From: a virus
Virus record (IMG/VR): IMGVR_UViG_3300025127_008281
Span: 2,997-66,996 of that record
Length of the DNA: 64,000 nucleotides
Strand: one strand, 5' to 3'
A program made the translations under genes and the position numbers. The notes under the pieces are model-generated. The model saw only the letters and a program-made list of their open reading frames with translations. It was not told the origin of the DNA and did no database searches. Below are positions 1-9,840 of the stretch, piece after piece (the first letter of the stretch is position 1; the number at the start of each line of letters is the position of its first letter).

Positions 1-27
1 GCAGGCCAAAGCAAATAATTTTGAATA

Positions 28-255
28 TTATTGATCAGCTAGTTTAGTCTCTAATTCATAATAGCCGCCGACATACTCATCATCTAGCCAAATCTGTGGC
101 ATCGTCTTAGCATTAGGTGCCGCTTCTAACAAATCCTGTACTTTCCAACCCTGAGCAATGTTTCGCTCTTCGTATTCTATGCCTTTCATCTTCAAAAGGC
201 TTTTGGCTTTTTCACAAAATGCACAGGCAGGTTTACTCCATACTATTGCTTTCAT
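28..255 (-). CDS. Glutaredoxin
   Basis: CAFC redox motif, TMPQI cis-Pro motif, VGGY; 75 aa. Confidence 0.9.
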   Translation of the reverse strand: MKAIVWSKPACAFCEKAKSLLKMKGIEYEERNIAQGWKVQDLLEAAPNAKTMPQIWLDDEYVGGYYELETKLADQ

Positions 256-256
256 C

Positions 257-460
257 TTATTTTCCCTCCAACCGTTGTTTAAATTTCACCCAACCATAGA
301 AAACTATGTCATACCATAAGAAGTTTACAAATATACCAAGCATTGTCAATCTTACACCAAGTAAAAGTGCAGGCAGGAAAAACAGTACAAGCCAAAGTGT
401 GATAAAGTACCTTCTTACATATTCTCTAGGAATAGGCCAAAATATCCAATTAAGAATCAT
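257..460 (-). CDS. Small membrane protein, hypothetical
   Basis: Hydrophobic 67-aa ORF packed between neighbours. Confidence 0.6.
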   Translation of the reverse strand: MILNWIFWPIPREYVRRYFITLWLVLFFLPALLLGVRLTMLGIFVNFLWYDIVFYGWVKFKQRLEGK

Positions 461-803
461 TTTTTTCCAATACTTCTAATAACTTTTTGATTTTTGGTAT
501 TTGTCGTGTGCCGATTATGTGTAACACAATTTTATAATACCATTTTTTGATATTATTAGTAAATCTATATTTGTTTGTGTAGAAATAAAATTTGTCGATG
601 GCTTTCTTGCATTCAATCAATTTCTTGTCGTATTCATCGGCTTTAAGTGGCTCCTGGATTAGTTTCAGTAATATAGTGTTGAATCTCGCACAGGCCATGT
701 CAAGTGTTCCGAATAGCTTATCCAAGAAATCGTCACCAGGCAAATTATCTTTTATTGCACTGATAATTTTTTGATTATCCAAAACATATTGTTTGTAATT
801 CAT
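450..803 (-). CDS. Hypothetical protein
   Basis: ORF overlapping neighbours in the same operon. Confidence 0.6.
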   Translation of the reverse strand: MNYKQYVLDNQKIISAIKDNLPGDDFLDKLFGTLDMACARFNTILLKLIQEPLKADEYDKKLIECKKAIDKFYFYTNKYRFTNNIKKWYYKIVLHIIGTRQIPKIKKLLEVLEKNDS

Positions 804-1009
804 TTTCTTTTTTCTCTTTGGAGCAAATATTCTGCAACACGATAAATCCTATGTAGATTTGTTACACTATCTTTCCAATGTTTTTCCATTAATGGTTGTG
901 CCCGTCTTCGTATTGCTTTATTCCTTTTAGATTCTTTGACACCTTGCTCGAAAACTGCTCCACCCGAAGTTTTTGCTTCGATGTCAAATTCATTTAATTT
1001 ACTACTCAT
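800..1009 (-). CDS. Hypothetical protein
   Basis: 4-nt overlaps with flanking genes. Confidence 0.65.
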   Translation of the reverse strand: MSSKLNEFDIEAKTSGGAVFEQGVKESKRNKAIRRRAQPLMEKHWKDSVTNLHRIYRVAEYLLQREKRK

Positions 1010-1314
1010 TGTTTTTTTACTTTGACCTGTAAAGGAAAATTTTCTTGTCTTGCAAGTAAAGTGGTTTCTATTCCTTTCTGCTCTGCCACTTCGTGAACAT
1101 AAGAGCCAACCACGCCCGAGCCCTGTTCGTGAATCCTTTTTGTAATTGCATCTGCCTGCTCTTGGTTTTTGCCAAATATCTGTTTTAGGACCCTAACCAC
1201 GAATTCCATTGATGTGATGTTGTCATTCAAAAATATAACGTCCCACAATCCAGGTTCTTCTAACTTAATTTTTTCTTTGGTAAGTGTTTTTATATCTGTT
1301 GTCATTTCAATCAT
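1006..1314 (-). CDS. clpS: ATP-dependent Clp protease adaptor ClpS
   Basis: VIFLNDNITSMEFVV, IHEQGSGVVGSY..EVAEQK, FPLQ motifs. Confidence 0.92.
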   Translation of the reverse strand: MIEMTTDIKTLTKEKIKLEEPGLWDVIFLNDNITSMEFVVRVLKQIFGKNQEQADAITKRIHEQGSGVVGSYVHEVAEQKGIETTLLARQENFPLQVKVKKQ

Positions 1315-1387
1315 TCCTTATTATAACATACATCAAATAAAAGTCAATTTGTGGAAGGGTGGCTGTAACCACCCTATCCATTATGCT

Positions 1388-1828
1388 TTACTTGATGTCG
1401 ATAAGTTTTGCTTTCTTGTGTTCTGGAATGATTCTTTCCATGCTTACTTTAAGCAAACCATCCTTAAGTTCCGCACCCTTGACCTCTACATCGTTAGCGA
1501 TGGTAAAAGACTTACTGAACATTCTCTTTGAAATGCCTCTGTGTATTACATTACCATCTTCGTCTTTAGTCTCTTCTTGTTTCTTAGATTTGACTGTAAG
1601 TAGATTCTCTTTGTACTCTACTTCGATGTCTTTCTTGTTGAATCCTGCAAGTGCAAGTTCAACATCATAGGTGTTCTCACCAGTCTTTACTATGTTGTAT
1701 GGTGGGAAATTGCCAACAGATCTTCCGAAGAAACTGTCGTCCATCATATGTTCAAAGTGATCGAACATATCATCGAACCCTACGGTTAGTGGTCTTAGGT
1801 TATTAAAAATAGATAGATTGTTTTTCAT
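1388..1828 (-). CDS. Small heat shock protein Hsp20 (IbpA-like)
   Basis: FPPYNI, ELALAGF, HRGISKR, LKDGLL motifs; GGAGGA RBS places the start at 1828. Confidence 0.95.
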   Translation of the reverse strand: MKNNLSIFNNLRPLTVGFDDMFDHFEHMMDDSFFGRSVGNFPPYNIVKTGENTYDVELALAGFNKKDIEVEYKENLLTVKSKKQEETKDEDGNVIHRGISKRMFSKSFTIANDVEVKGAELKDGLLKVSMERIIPEHKKAKLIDIK

Positions 1829-1906
1829 GTGCTTTCCTCCTATTGTTAAGCGAGTTAATGTATCGAAGATCCTATCTATAGCAATCTTCAATGTTATTTA
1901 TGCTAT

Positions 1907-1935
1907 ATTATAGCATATATATTGGAAAGTGTCAA
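1907..1935 (-). promoter_or_regulatory. Sigma70-type promoter upstream of hsp20
   Basis: TTGACA-17 bp-TATAAT on the minus strand. Confidence 0.75.
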
Positions 1936-2202
1936 CTAGTGCCGATTTGGCCTACCAAGGAAACGCTCATCATCTCGTTTGGATTGCAATTTGCGAATTA
2001 CCAATTTTCTTCTTTTACCAGTTTCTCTTTTGATTTCGGATGGCTTTCTGAAATATTGCCTATCCTTTAGCTCTTCAATGAATCGATCGTTTTTGATCCA
2101 TTTCTTCATTTTACGGTATGCTCTCATGGCGTCCCCTCCTTCAGGTACGTCCACGTAGTATCCGCTAAATCCCGTTGGTCTTTTTGTTTTGTGTTTTCGC
2201 AT
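1936..2202 (-). CDS. rpsU: Ribosomal protein bS21
   Basis: AYRKMKK...IEELKDRQYFRKPSEIKR pattern; start at MRKHK inferred. Confidence 0.82.
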   Translation of the reverse strand: MRKHKTKRPTGFSGYYVDVPEGGDAMRAYRKMKKWIKNDRFIEELKDRQYFRKPSEIKRETGKRRKLVIRKLQSKRDDERFLGRPNRH

Positions 2203-3424
2203 CAGTCTTCTTAAACAATAACACAGGGTCAGCTCCATTGTCAACCACATCTGCTGTTATTTGAATCTTATTTACACCTCTTGCTCTCATTTCAGAGGCA
2301 TCAAACTGATAAGGCAACACAATTGAATCTACTATATTTTTAAGTCCCCTGGCATTTGTGCCAAGTGCTTTGGCTTTTTTTGCTATGGCAATCTTTGCAT
2401 CAGCTGTGAATTCTATTTTAATGTCATCCAATCCGAAAAGATACTGTGTTTGTTTTATTAATGCATTTTTAGGTTCAGTCAATATTTTTACCAGTTGCTC
2501 TTCACTTAAACTACTAACACTAGTGATCATCGAAAATCGTCCTACAAATTCTGGAATGAGTCCATATTTGATTAGATCCTCAGGCTTGACCTCAAGTAGA
2601 TAATTTTTATCTTCGGACATGTGTAAAGAAGCTCCAAATCCTATTCCACCGGACTTCCTACTGGAAATCTGCTTTTCAAGTTCGGTAAAAGCACCACCAA
2701 CTATGAACAAGATATTTTTAGTATCCACAACGACCATTTGTTGATCTGGGTGTTTACGTCCACCATGTGGAGGCACTCTGCATTGCGTACCCTCAATGAT
2801 TTTGAGCAGTCCTTGTTGTACACCCTCTCCAGAAACATCTCTCGTAATAGAAGAATTTTCACCTTTGCGAGATATTTTGTCTATTTCATCTATAAAAATT
2901 ATTCCACGTTCGGTTTTTTCAATATCACCGTTTGCCGCGGCATAAAGTTTTTGCACTACGTTCTCAATGTCATCACCTACGTAACCTGATTCAGTCAATG
3001 TAGTTGCATCTGCCATGGCAAAAGGCACCTCCAAATATTTCGCAATTGTTCTAGCCATTAGAGTTTTACCTGCACCTGTGGCTCCTAATAACAAGACGTT
3101 TGATTTGTCTAATTCAAAGTCTGTTGGTGGCTGTGTAATTCTCTTGTAGTGATTGGCAACTGCAACACTCATTACCGTCTTGGCCTGTTCTTGCCCAATG
3201 ACATATTGATCTAAATGTTCCTTAATGGTAACAGGGTTAAGTATTTCTTTGTCACCAGAATACAACTTTTCCTTACGACTTTTTACAATATCTTCATCTA
3301 ATATTTCAACACAAAGTTTTACACATTCGTTACAAATGGCCACCTTTGTGGCGCCCACGATCATTTTTGTGACATCTTTTCTGGACTTACTGCAAAAAGA
3401 ACATGTCATATTTTCTTCAGGCAT
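2165..3424 (-). CDS. clpX: ATP-dependent Clp protease ATP-binding subunit ClpX
   Basis: CSFC/CNEC zinc domain, GATGAGKT Walker A, GYVG pore loop, [21 protein letters not shown] loop, IGF loop. Confidence 0.97.
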   Translation of the reverse strand: MPEENMTCSFCSKSRKDVTKMIVGATKVAICNECVKLCVEILDEDIVKSRKEKLYSGDKEILNPVTIKEHLDQYVIGQEQAKTVMSVAVANHYKRITQPPTDFELDKSNVLLLGATGAGKTLMARTIAKYLEVPFAMADATTLTESGYVGDDIENVVQKLYAAANGDIEKTERGIIFIDEIDKISRKGENSSITRDVSGEGVQQGLLKIIEGTQCRVPPHGGRKHPDQQMVVVDTKNILFIVGGAFTELEKQISSRKSGGIGFGASLHMSEDKNYLLEVKPEDLIKYGLIPEFVGRFSMITSVSSLSEEQLVKILTEPKNALIKQTQYLFGLDDIKIEFTADAKIAIAKKAKALGTNARGLKNIVDSIVLPYQFDASEMRARGVNKIQITADVVDNGADPVLLFKKTDAKTQNKKTNGI

Positions 3425-3789
3425 TATACAAGAGTTTCCTTTATTTTGGTGAATACCTGTTCAACACTTCGCTCGCCATTCACTTCATACGTTTTGTCAT
3501 CACTTAAAAGTTCTTCTACGAAAGGAGGTAGATCCTTTTTATCAGCCACAATAAATTTGGATTTCATAGTGGCCTGTTTGATCCATGGGCCGTCGCCGCT
3601 GGATTCATATATGAACACAGTGATGTTATCGTTTGGAAATAATTTGTTTAGTTGTGTTGCAAATTGATTTTTTTGTTCTTCCTTTAGGTTGATTAGACAG
3701 AAACTTATTTTGTGTGGATTCAACATCGATGGTGGAGTAACCACTGTGATCGTTCCTAGCGTATCAAAAACTTTCAATCCCATGGACAT
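3424..3789 (-). CDS. Hypothetical protein
   Basis: ORF abutting clpX. Confidence 0.65.
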   Translation of the reverse strand: MSMGLKVFDTLGTITVVTPPSMLNPHKISFCLINLKEEQKNQFATQLNKLFPNDNITVFIYESSGDGPWIKQATMKSKFIVADKKDLPPFVEELLSDDKTYEVNGERSVEQVFTKIKETLV

Positions 3790-3800
3790 AAATTTTTTCC

Positions 3801-5765
3801 TTAGTTTATTTGGTTTAGTATATCAATTATAACTTTTTGGTCTTCTTTAGTCAAATCTTTTAGTTCAACCTCACCGCTTTCTAATTTAGTTATTAGTTCG
3901 TTAATCCTTTGTTCGATTCTTGAGTGGTAGTCTGTATCAGTTGTTATTCTGGTCTTGTATTTGGTAAATTTATCTTTGACATCTTCGATTTTAAAGTCAA
4001 TGGTTTCCGATTTGGTTTTGTTCCAAATGGTATCATCATCCTGTTCTTCGTTTTGAACATAGTCTGTAACGTCTTCGAAGTTGCCATGTTGCTTATGGAA
4101 GTTGTCGAGTAATTCGGCTCTTTGCCAATTACTCAGTATCTGCTTTGGGGGCTCAACAACCTTACCTTTCTTATTCACGGGTCTCGCACCTATTCTACCA
4201 GTTTCGGCCTTTTTGATAGGCGTCTCTACACTTTTCGTTTCGGTCATCTTCAAAGCTTCTTCTACAGTTGTTTCCGCTGGATCTTTGACTCCAACATCTG
4301 TTACGACAACCTCAGTTAAGTCTGGTTTTAATCTTTCGTCATCTTTATTTTCGTAATTTTTATTGAATTCAAAATAACCTTCAACCTCTTCAGGATCAAA
4401 ACCATCTTTGACTTCATTTTTGACCTTAGAGCTTTTCAGGTCTATGTGCGGCACTTTTTGTTCGGCATCATCTTGCTGTATAATTTCAACTGGCTTGTCT
4501 TCGGGCTTTTCGATCTTGCTATTGAAAGCATCTAATTTTTCTTTCCAATCCTTAAGTTGCTCCGTGGCTTTGTCCATTTTTTGTTGGGCATTTGTCTTGC
4601 CCATCATTTCATTCCATTTTAAAGTTACATCTTCTTCGTCTGGTTTCTCCAGATCAACTATTTCTTGTGGTTTAGGTGCTTTGACCGGAAAACGTTTTAC
4701 AAGACTCTGATTGGCCGCAATCAATAACAACACCGCTAAAGGGTCGAAAACAAATATTATTATCAATATTATCCATCTCACTGCTTCTGATGTATCGACT
4801 TTTTCAGTGATCCCCCAGTCAACTGCCAAAGCGGCGATGTATTTTACAGGGCCAACCTCTGCCTCCAATTTAATCATTTTAGCCTGTAATGGTTCTCTGT
4901 CAATGATCAAATCATCGATATTGTTCTGTGCTTTCAAAATGTTTGCTTCTGCTATTTCAATTTTTGCCTCCACACCAGATTTGTCATCGACATCACTGCT
5001 TCTTAGCTTTTCGATTCTTTTTTGAATAACGGCAGTGTCTATCGCATAATCTTCTTTTAGTTGGTTGATCCTGTCTTGTGCATCATTGATGCCTTTATTG
5101 ATCTGATCACGTTCTGCTTTTTGGGAGGCCTTCAGTTCTGCGGCCGCTTTTTCTTCATTGAAGAAAGATTTATTCGAAGTCAAAACATCGCTGACATCCT
5201 TATCAAGCACAGTCAATCTATCACTTAAATTTTTGATTGTGTTGGTCTCGACTGCAAGTAGTGTTTTGAATTTGTCTTCTACTGCTTTGATATTGTCTTT
5301 CTCTATGTCTATGGCACCTGAATTGTTGTTTACAACAACAGTTAAATTCTTTTCAGCTCTTTCTATGATGAGAGTTTGTCTTTTGATGTATGTTTCTTCG
5401 CTTTCGATCTTGTCATTTATGATTTCTATCCTTTGGGTAACTGTATCTTCTGCAAGGTTTTGTTCTAGGTGTGCCTTGGATAGGAATCCAAAAATACCCA
5501 TGGACGTGATCAAAGAAAGTATAACCACAGCTATGGTTAGATAGGTCTTTAGTAATACTGGTGTGAACTTCCAGTTACGATACACCCAAGAGGCTGTGAT
5601 CAGTTTGCCGATCTCTAAGACTGATCCCATTATCACCACTGGCCAGAAGGCACCTGGAAATATCGTAGCAAGTCCAATAACGGAATAGAATATAGCCACT
5701 CCAGATATGGATAATGCTGATAGAAGGGTTAGAATTGGCATCATCATTGTAGATATATTTAACAA
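3801..5765 (-). CDS. Membrane-anchored coiled-coil protein
   Basis: N-terminal TM helices, long coiled coil, TM with FDPLA, acidic tail; true start probably a few codons downstream, after the TAAATA site. Confidence 0.75.
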   Translation of the reverse strand: MLNISTMMMPILTLLSALSISGVAIFYSVIGLATIFPGAFWPVVIMGSVLEIGKLITASWVYRNWKFTPVLLKTYLTIAVVILSLITSMGIFGFLSKAHLEQNLAEDTVTQRIEIINDKIESEETYIKRQTLIIERAEKNLTVVVNNNSGAIDIEKDNIKAVEDKFKTLLAVETNTIKNLSDRLTVLDKDVSDVLTSNKSFFNEEKAAAELKASQKAERDQINKGINDAQDRINQLKEDYAIDTAVIQKRIEKLRSSDVDDKSGVEAKIEIAEANILKAQNNIDDLIIDREPLQAKMIKLEAEVGPVKYIAALAVDWGITEKVDTSEAVRWIILIIIFVFDPLAVLLLIAANQSLVKRFPVKAPKPQEIVDLEKPDEEDVTLKWNEMMGKTNAQQKMDKATEQLKDWKEKLDAFNSKIEKPEDKPVEIIQQDDAEQKVPHIDLKSSKVKNEVKDGFDPEEVEGYFEFNKNYENKDDERLKPDLTEVVVTDVGVKDPAETTVEEALKMTETKSVETPIKKAETGRIGARPVNKKGKVVEPPKQILSNWQRAELLDNFHKQHGNFEDVTDYVQNEEQDDDTIWNKTKSETIDFKIEDVKDKFTKYKTRITTDTDYHSRIEQRINELITKLESGEVELKDLTKEDQKVIIDILNQIN

Positions 5766-5807
5766 TAGCCTCTAGCCAAATAATGTGCTATTGGATTATT
5801 TGGTAAA

Positions 5808-6446
5808 TTACTCTGCGGAGTATGTTAATGCTGAATCAGTTGGAGTTTGATTAGCAGTGTTTGGTGTGAACGTTGTCACTTCTGTTACCGTGATCGCTTC
5901 AACAATCTCACCTTCGTTTCCAGATAGCACCGGAGCAACCGTAACCTCTATGTCTGATATAAGTCCCGCACCCGAAGTTGGATTATGCACACTCATTTTC
6001 TCAGTGTGTGTAGTTGTAAGTGCTTCTGCTATCTTGTCTTGGATAAAAAGTGCTCTTGTTGTTGTAGAAGTTGATCCGTCAATAGTTGAACCTGTAGTAG
6101 GTACAAAATCTGCGTGTTCATAGATCAAAGTAAAGTTTAGATCTGTGATAGGAGAATCACCTTCATCGCTGGCGTATGTTGTAACAATGTTCGCTATTTG
6201 ACAATTTGCTCTGATTTGCAAGTTGTTCATCATTAATTTGAACCTTAGTAAACCTCTTGATACTAACAGTGATTGTGCTAGTGTAGTTGGTTTTGTTGCG
6301 AAGTCATCTGCGTGACATGGTGAAAGTCTTCCACCTGCTGTTGTTTCAGCATCTGTAAATCCAGACATTGCTATGTCTACCGTGAACATTCTGCTCTTTG
6401 GCGTTGCTAATGATACTGCCATTGATTTTGGTTCTACTACTGCCAT
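5808..6446 (-). CDS. Putative virion structural protein
   Basis: Thr/Ser/Ala-rich acidic composition; TAAATA and AAGGA upstream. Confidence 0.55.
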   Translation of the reverse strand: MAVVEPKSMAVSLATPKSRMFTVDIAMSGFTDAETTAGGRLSPCHADDFATKPTTLAQSLLVSRGLLRFKLMMNNLQIRANCQIANIVTTYASDEGDSPITDLNFTLIYEHADFVPTTGSTIDGSTSTTTRALFIQDKIAEALTTTHTEKMSVHNPTSGAGLISDIEVTVAPVLSGNEGEIVEAITVTEVTTFTPNTANQTPTDSALTYSAE

Positions 6447-6483
6447 TTGTAATTCCTTTGTTTAATGTACTTATTTAGTAGAA

Positions 6484-6942
6484 TTATTTATAAAAGGACC
6501 AACTTGGTGAACCTATATATTTGCAGGCATTGTTGGTAGTGTGCTTTGATTTAGTCTTTACTTTAATGTAGGCTTGATATGTACGGCAATAACCGCCCGA
6601 AATTGGGTACGAATGAATAACTCGGACCTTGCCTCCTGCCAGTCTTTTGTCGCTATACCAACTCACAACTTCGCCGTTTTTAGCATTATTAAGCATGAAG
6701 AATACTGCACTTTGATGTTGCATTTTTTCTTTTTTGTTTAGTCTATATCCCATATATTGTGTGTGACGCCACAAAAAAGCCGGCATACTATATTTGAGAT
6801 CATCACCCAACCAAATTGGGCTTGGCATATTACCAAGGCTATCATCCTGTTCTTTTGGGAAAGAGCCAGCGAATAACTGCGTAGAAAATAGAATTAAACT
6901 AATTGATATTGTGATAACCTTTAACAATTTCATATCCACCAT
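6484..6942 (-). CDS. Secreted protein with 17-kDa surface antigen (RT0821/Lpp0805)-like domain
   Basis: Signal peptide; VSWY...GKVR...YCRTY...AC...W pattern. Confidence 0.65.
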   Translation of the reverse strand: MVDMKLLKVITISISLILFSTQLFAGSFPKEQDDSLGNMPSPIWLGDDLKYSMPAFLWRHTQYMGYRLNKKEKMQHQSAVFFMLNNAKNGEVVSWYSDKRLAGGKVRVIHSYPISGGYCRTYQAYIKVKTKSKHTTNNACKYIGSPSWSFYK

Positions 6943-7264
6943 CCATTTTTTTACAAGCGATTGATCTCTGTTCGAGAAGCTCGTTGCCGATTGGCATCAC
7001 CCATGTGTAAATTTCACAACTATCTGCAATCCCAAATCCGTGTAAGAAGTCCTTGACTCCATCTTCACATACCAGTTTCTCTTCTGTACGGTTTTCAATA
7101 ACCTCACCGCTTTCGTTAACAACTTTTATCTTGGTGACCTCCACATCACAATATTGATCGTGCCAAGGACCACCTGCTTGTGCAGAAGAGCCTATTGCGA
7201 AAAATATCAAAAATATCATCACCATCACTAGGCCAATAAAATAATAAATTGTTTTATTACGCAT
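6899..7264 (-). CDS. Secreted hypothetical protein
   Basis: N-terminal hydrophobic segment, four Cys. Confidence 0.65.
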   Translation of the reverse strand: MRNKTIYYFIGLVMVMIFLIFFAIGSSAQAGGPWHDQYCDVEVTKIKVVNESGEVIENRTEEKLVCEDGVKDFLHGFGIADSCEIYTWVMPIGNELLEQRSIACKKMDGGYEIVKGYHNIN

Positions 7265-7267
7265 GGC

Positions 7268-7741
7268 CTAGAGATTTTCTATATCTTTTTTCTTTATCTC
7301 TATGAGAATGTATGCTCTGTAACTTTTGTGTTTTGTAGTGTAAATTTCAGATTTTACAACCTCATAACCTTTTGCTACAGAATCAGCAATAACATTATTA
7401 ATAGTGTCTTGCGAATTACCAGCAATCGTCATTTTCTCATTAGTGCCTTGTTCAACCTTGTTGATGATAGTAGTATTATTCATTTCACCAACAACTCTGT
7501 CAACAAGTTTTGCCTTGGCAAGAAGCACAGCCTTTTTGACTGCCAACTCCATGTCAGGCGATACTGCTGTCGCCGCCTCTGAGTATTTGAACATAGTTTC
7601 TCTGTCGTACTTTACATACCACTTGGGTGTTTTGTTAACAACCGAGCCCTTGCTCAAATCAGATTTTACCTTGTATGTCGTACATTGTGCCAACATAAGT
7701 CCAGCAACGATAACAAGTATAAGTTTATTCAAGTGTTTCAT
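7268..7741 (-). CDS. Lipoprotein (LPP20-like)
   Basis: Lipobox-like LAQC, TPKWY, AVKKAVLLAKAKL helix. Confidence 0.65.
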   Translation of the reverse strand: MKHLNKLILVIVAGLMLAQCTTYKVKSDLSKGSVVNKTPKWYVKYDRETMFKYSEAATAVSPDMELAVKKAVLLAKAKLVDRVVGEMNNTTIINKVEQGTNEKMTIAGNSQDTINNVIADSVAKGYEVVKSEIYTTKHKSYRAYILIEIKKKDIENL

Positions 7742-7749
7742 TTTTTTCC

Positions 7750-7914
7750 TTATCCTTGTAGTTTGTCAACCAATTCTGACAGCGATGCGATTAAATGCGA
7801 GACAACATTAAACACACTATCAACATTGAAGTCTTCGCTGAATTGTGCATAGCCATCTCCTATCATCGGGTATACTGCAAGAAAGATTGCAAACAATATT
7901 ATTAATCTAATCAT
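7750..7914 (-). CDS. Small membrane protein (54 aa, not in ORF track)
   Basis: MIRLIILFAIFLAVYPMIGDG...; sigma70-like promoter upstream. Confidence 0.55.
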   Translation of the reverse strand: MIRLIILFAIFLAVYPMIGDGYAQFSEDFNVDSVFNVVSHLIASLSELVDKLQG

Positions 7915-7988
7915 ACAAAAATTATAGCATATTTTCCAAATACGTCAACCGCAGTTGGTCTTAAAAAAAGTGTTGATTTTATTAGGTT

Positions 7989-8285
7989 TTATAGTATGGT
8001 TTTGATAAATCCTATGCCGTCAATGCCCAAATATACCAAATACATTACGGTGAAGCCAAAACTCTTACGGCTCCATGCACCATACATAAGAAAGATTGTT
8101 GCGATTAAGAAAAATATATAAGCAATGAACATAGGAGGATTTGGTGAGTACCACATCAATATCAAAGATGCAATTAGGTTGGAGATCATTCCAATAACTT
8201 CACAACAAAATCTTACAGGATTAGACTTATAATCCTCTTTGATCCATTCTAGAGTTGATTTTCTACCAATACGTGCCATAGGCAC
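7989..8285 (-). CDS. Small membrane protein
   Basis: Three hydrophobic segments. Confidence 0.7.
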   Translation of the reverse strand: MPMARIGRKSTLEWIKEDYKSNPVRFCCEVIGMISNLIASLILMWYSPNPPMFIAYIFFLIATIFLMYGAWSRKSFGFTVMYLVYLGIDGIGFIKTIL

Positions 8286-8289
8286 ATAC

Positions 8290-8676
8290 TTATTTGTTGC
8301 CTTTCATCAAGGTTATTTCTGTGGCGGCTTTCCTACCCTTTTCGTCGTCATCGTCTGCGAATATCGGCACAAGGTTACTCTTGTGCATCAATCCAATACC
8401 CACCAGTTTTCTTTCACCTGAATAGTGTTGCTCCTTTTTCTTCTTGCCTGTCCCAACAGGAATTTTGTCAGATGTTTTTGGATAGTCGGGATCCTTGGGG
8501 GCTAGATCAGGAAACTCGTAGCCTTTGAATTTTTTTGCCTTCTGCTTTAGGGTATAATTGTCGAGGCCTTGATCCTGTAGCCATTCTTCATGGTTTGCCT
8601 GTGCCTCACGATTTCTTTTTGAATTCTCTATTTTATGTTTTATTCTTTTTGGTAGTTTCAATTGAATAAATCCCAT
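8290..8676 (-). CDS. Hypothetical protein, paralog of 63564..63860
   Basis: Shared DKIPV...YSGERKL(V/I)GIG..HKSNLVP block. Confidence 0.8.
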   Translation of the reverse strand: MGFIQLKLPKRIKHKIENSKRNREAQANHEEWLQDQGLDNYTLKQKAKKFKGYEFPDLAPKDPDYPKTSDKIPVGTGKKKKEQHYSGERKLVGIGLMHKSNLVPIFADDDDEKGRKAATEITLMKGNK

Positions 8677-8691
8677 TCTTAAAGTATATAT

Positions 8692-9354
8692 TTAAGGCAG
8701 TTTATTGTCAACTATCGCTTGAAGTATTATTTCTGCGTATTCAGGATTGGTGCTCCAGGCACTCATTCTTATCATTAGGGCCCTATAGTCCCATTTACCA
8801 GTGTCTATTTGTTTTTCTCTTTCTTTTCGAAATTCTTCATATGCAGGATGTCGGTTTAAAATATCAATCATATCCTTAACTGACTTGCATTTAGTCAGAT
8901 ATTTCTTTACACCCCATGGTGCATCCATGTTACCTTTTGCTTTCATGTGCTCAACATTTTTTAGGTCCCATGTCCTTACTCCAAAAAGTGCATTACCTTC
9001 TTTTGCAAATCTGCTGGTACCCCAGCCTGACTCAACACCTGCCATTGCAATAATAATGCTTGTGGGCACCCTGCTCAATCTATCTGTTGTATAATTTAAG
9101 TATTGTACACATTTCTTAGTAGACTCCAAAAATGTTTGTTTATCTACATATTCGAATTCAGGCTCCTGTAGACCCAAAAGGTGAACTTCACTTAGTTCTT
9201 TTTTATGAAATTGATCTTCAAGTTTTTCAATGGTCCATGTGTTAGGGTAAAATGTACCACCAACGAACGCACCACCTATTGTGATTCCAACCGCAATTAT
9301 TGTGGCAAGTACCCATTTTATAATGCTTGGTTTTTTTGTATCTTGTTTCACCAT
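8692..9354 (-). CDS. GH73 glucosaminidase (Bax-like peptidoglycan hydrolase) with N-terminal TM anchor
   Basis: IIAMAGVESGWGTSRFA.EGNALFG, HPAY..FR, WSTNPEY motifs. Confidence 0.88.
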   Translation of the reverse strand: MVKQDTKKPSIIKWVLATIIAVGITIGGAFVGGTFYPNTWTIEKLEDQFHKKELSEVHLLGLQEPEFEYVDKQTFLESTKKCVQYLNYTTDRLSRVPTSIIIAMAGVESGWGTSRFAKEGNALFGVRTWDLKNVEHMKAKGNMDAPWGVKKYLTKCKSVKDMIDILNRHPAYEEFRKEREKQIDTGKWDYRALMIRMSAWSTNPEYAEIILQAIVDNKLP

Positions 9355-9418
9355 ATTATTGTGTGGTGTGTGCCGCGGAACTATTGCCTAAACTTGCGAA
9401 CACACACGCACCTCTAAT

Positions 9419-9772
9419 TTAAACAGCAACTTTTTCTGCTGTTGGTTCTGTTGTAGCAGTCTCCGAATATTTGTTTTTGTATTCAGCTTCTGCCGAATTC
9501 ATAAAATTATTCCAATCTGCTTTCGATAAACCTGTAAATCTAGTGATCAAACCATCACTCATTATCTTGAAAGATCCACAAAGTTTATGTGTACCGTCTT
9601 CTGCAATCTTATGAACAACACCTGTTGCTTTACCATCGGCGTTCTCTCTTCCCATGATATACATATAGTTTCCAGATCTACCAGTCCACTTGTTGTTTGT
9701 TTGTGTATCAGACTGACATCTTGCCCTAACCTGATCAACAACCAATTGTGCTTTTACTGAACATTTATACAT
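9419..9772 (-). CDS. Hypothetical protein
   Basis: Strong RBS (AGGAGG) and sigma70 promoter upstream. Confidence 0.75.
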   Translation of the reverse strand: MYKCSVKAQLVVDQVRARCQSDTQTNNKWTGRSGNYMYIMGRENADGKATGVVHKIAEDGTHKLCGSFKIMSDGLITRFTGLSKADWNNFMNSAEAEYKNKYSETATTEPTAEKVAV

Positions 9773-9796
9773 AATTGTTCCTCCTAAATTACCGTT

Positions 9797-9825
9797 AGTA
9801 TAACAGGTAATGGTATTTCCGTCAA
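9797..9825 (-). promoter_or_regulatory. Sigma70-type early promoter
   Basis: TTGACG-17 bp-TATACT with extended -10 TG; resembles promoters at 58920 and 62547. Confidence 0.8.
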
Positions 9826-9840
9826 CTGGGCAAAAAGCCG

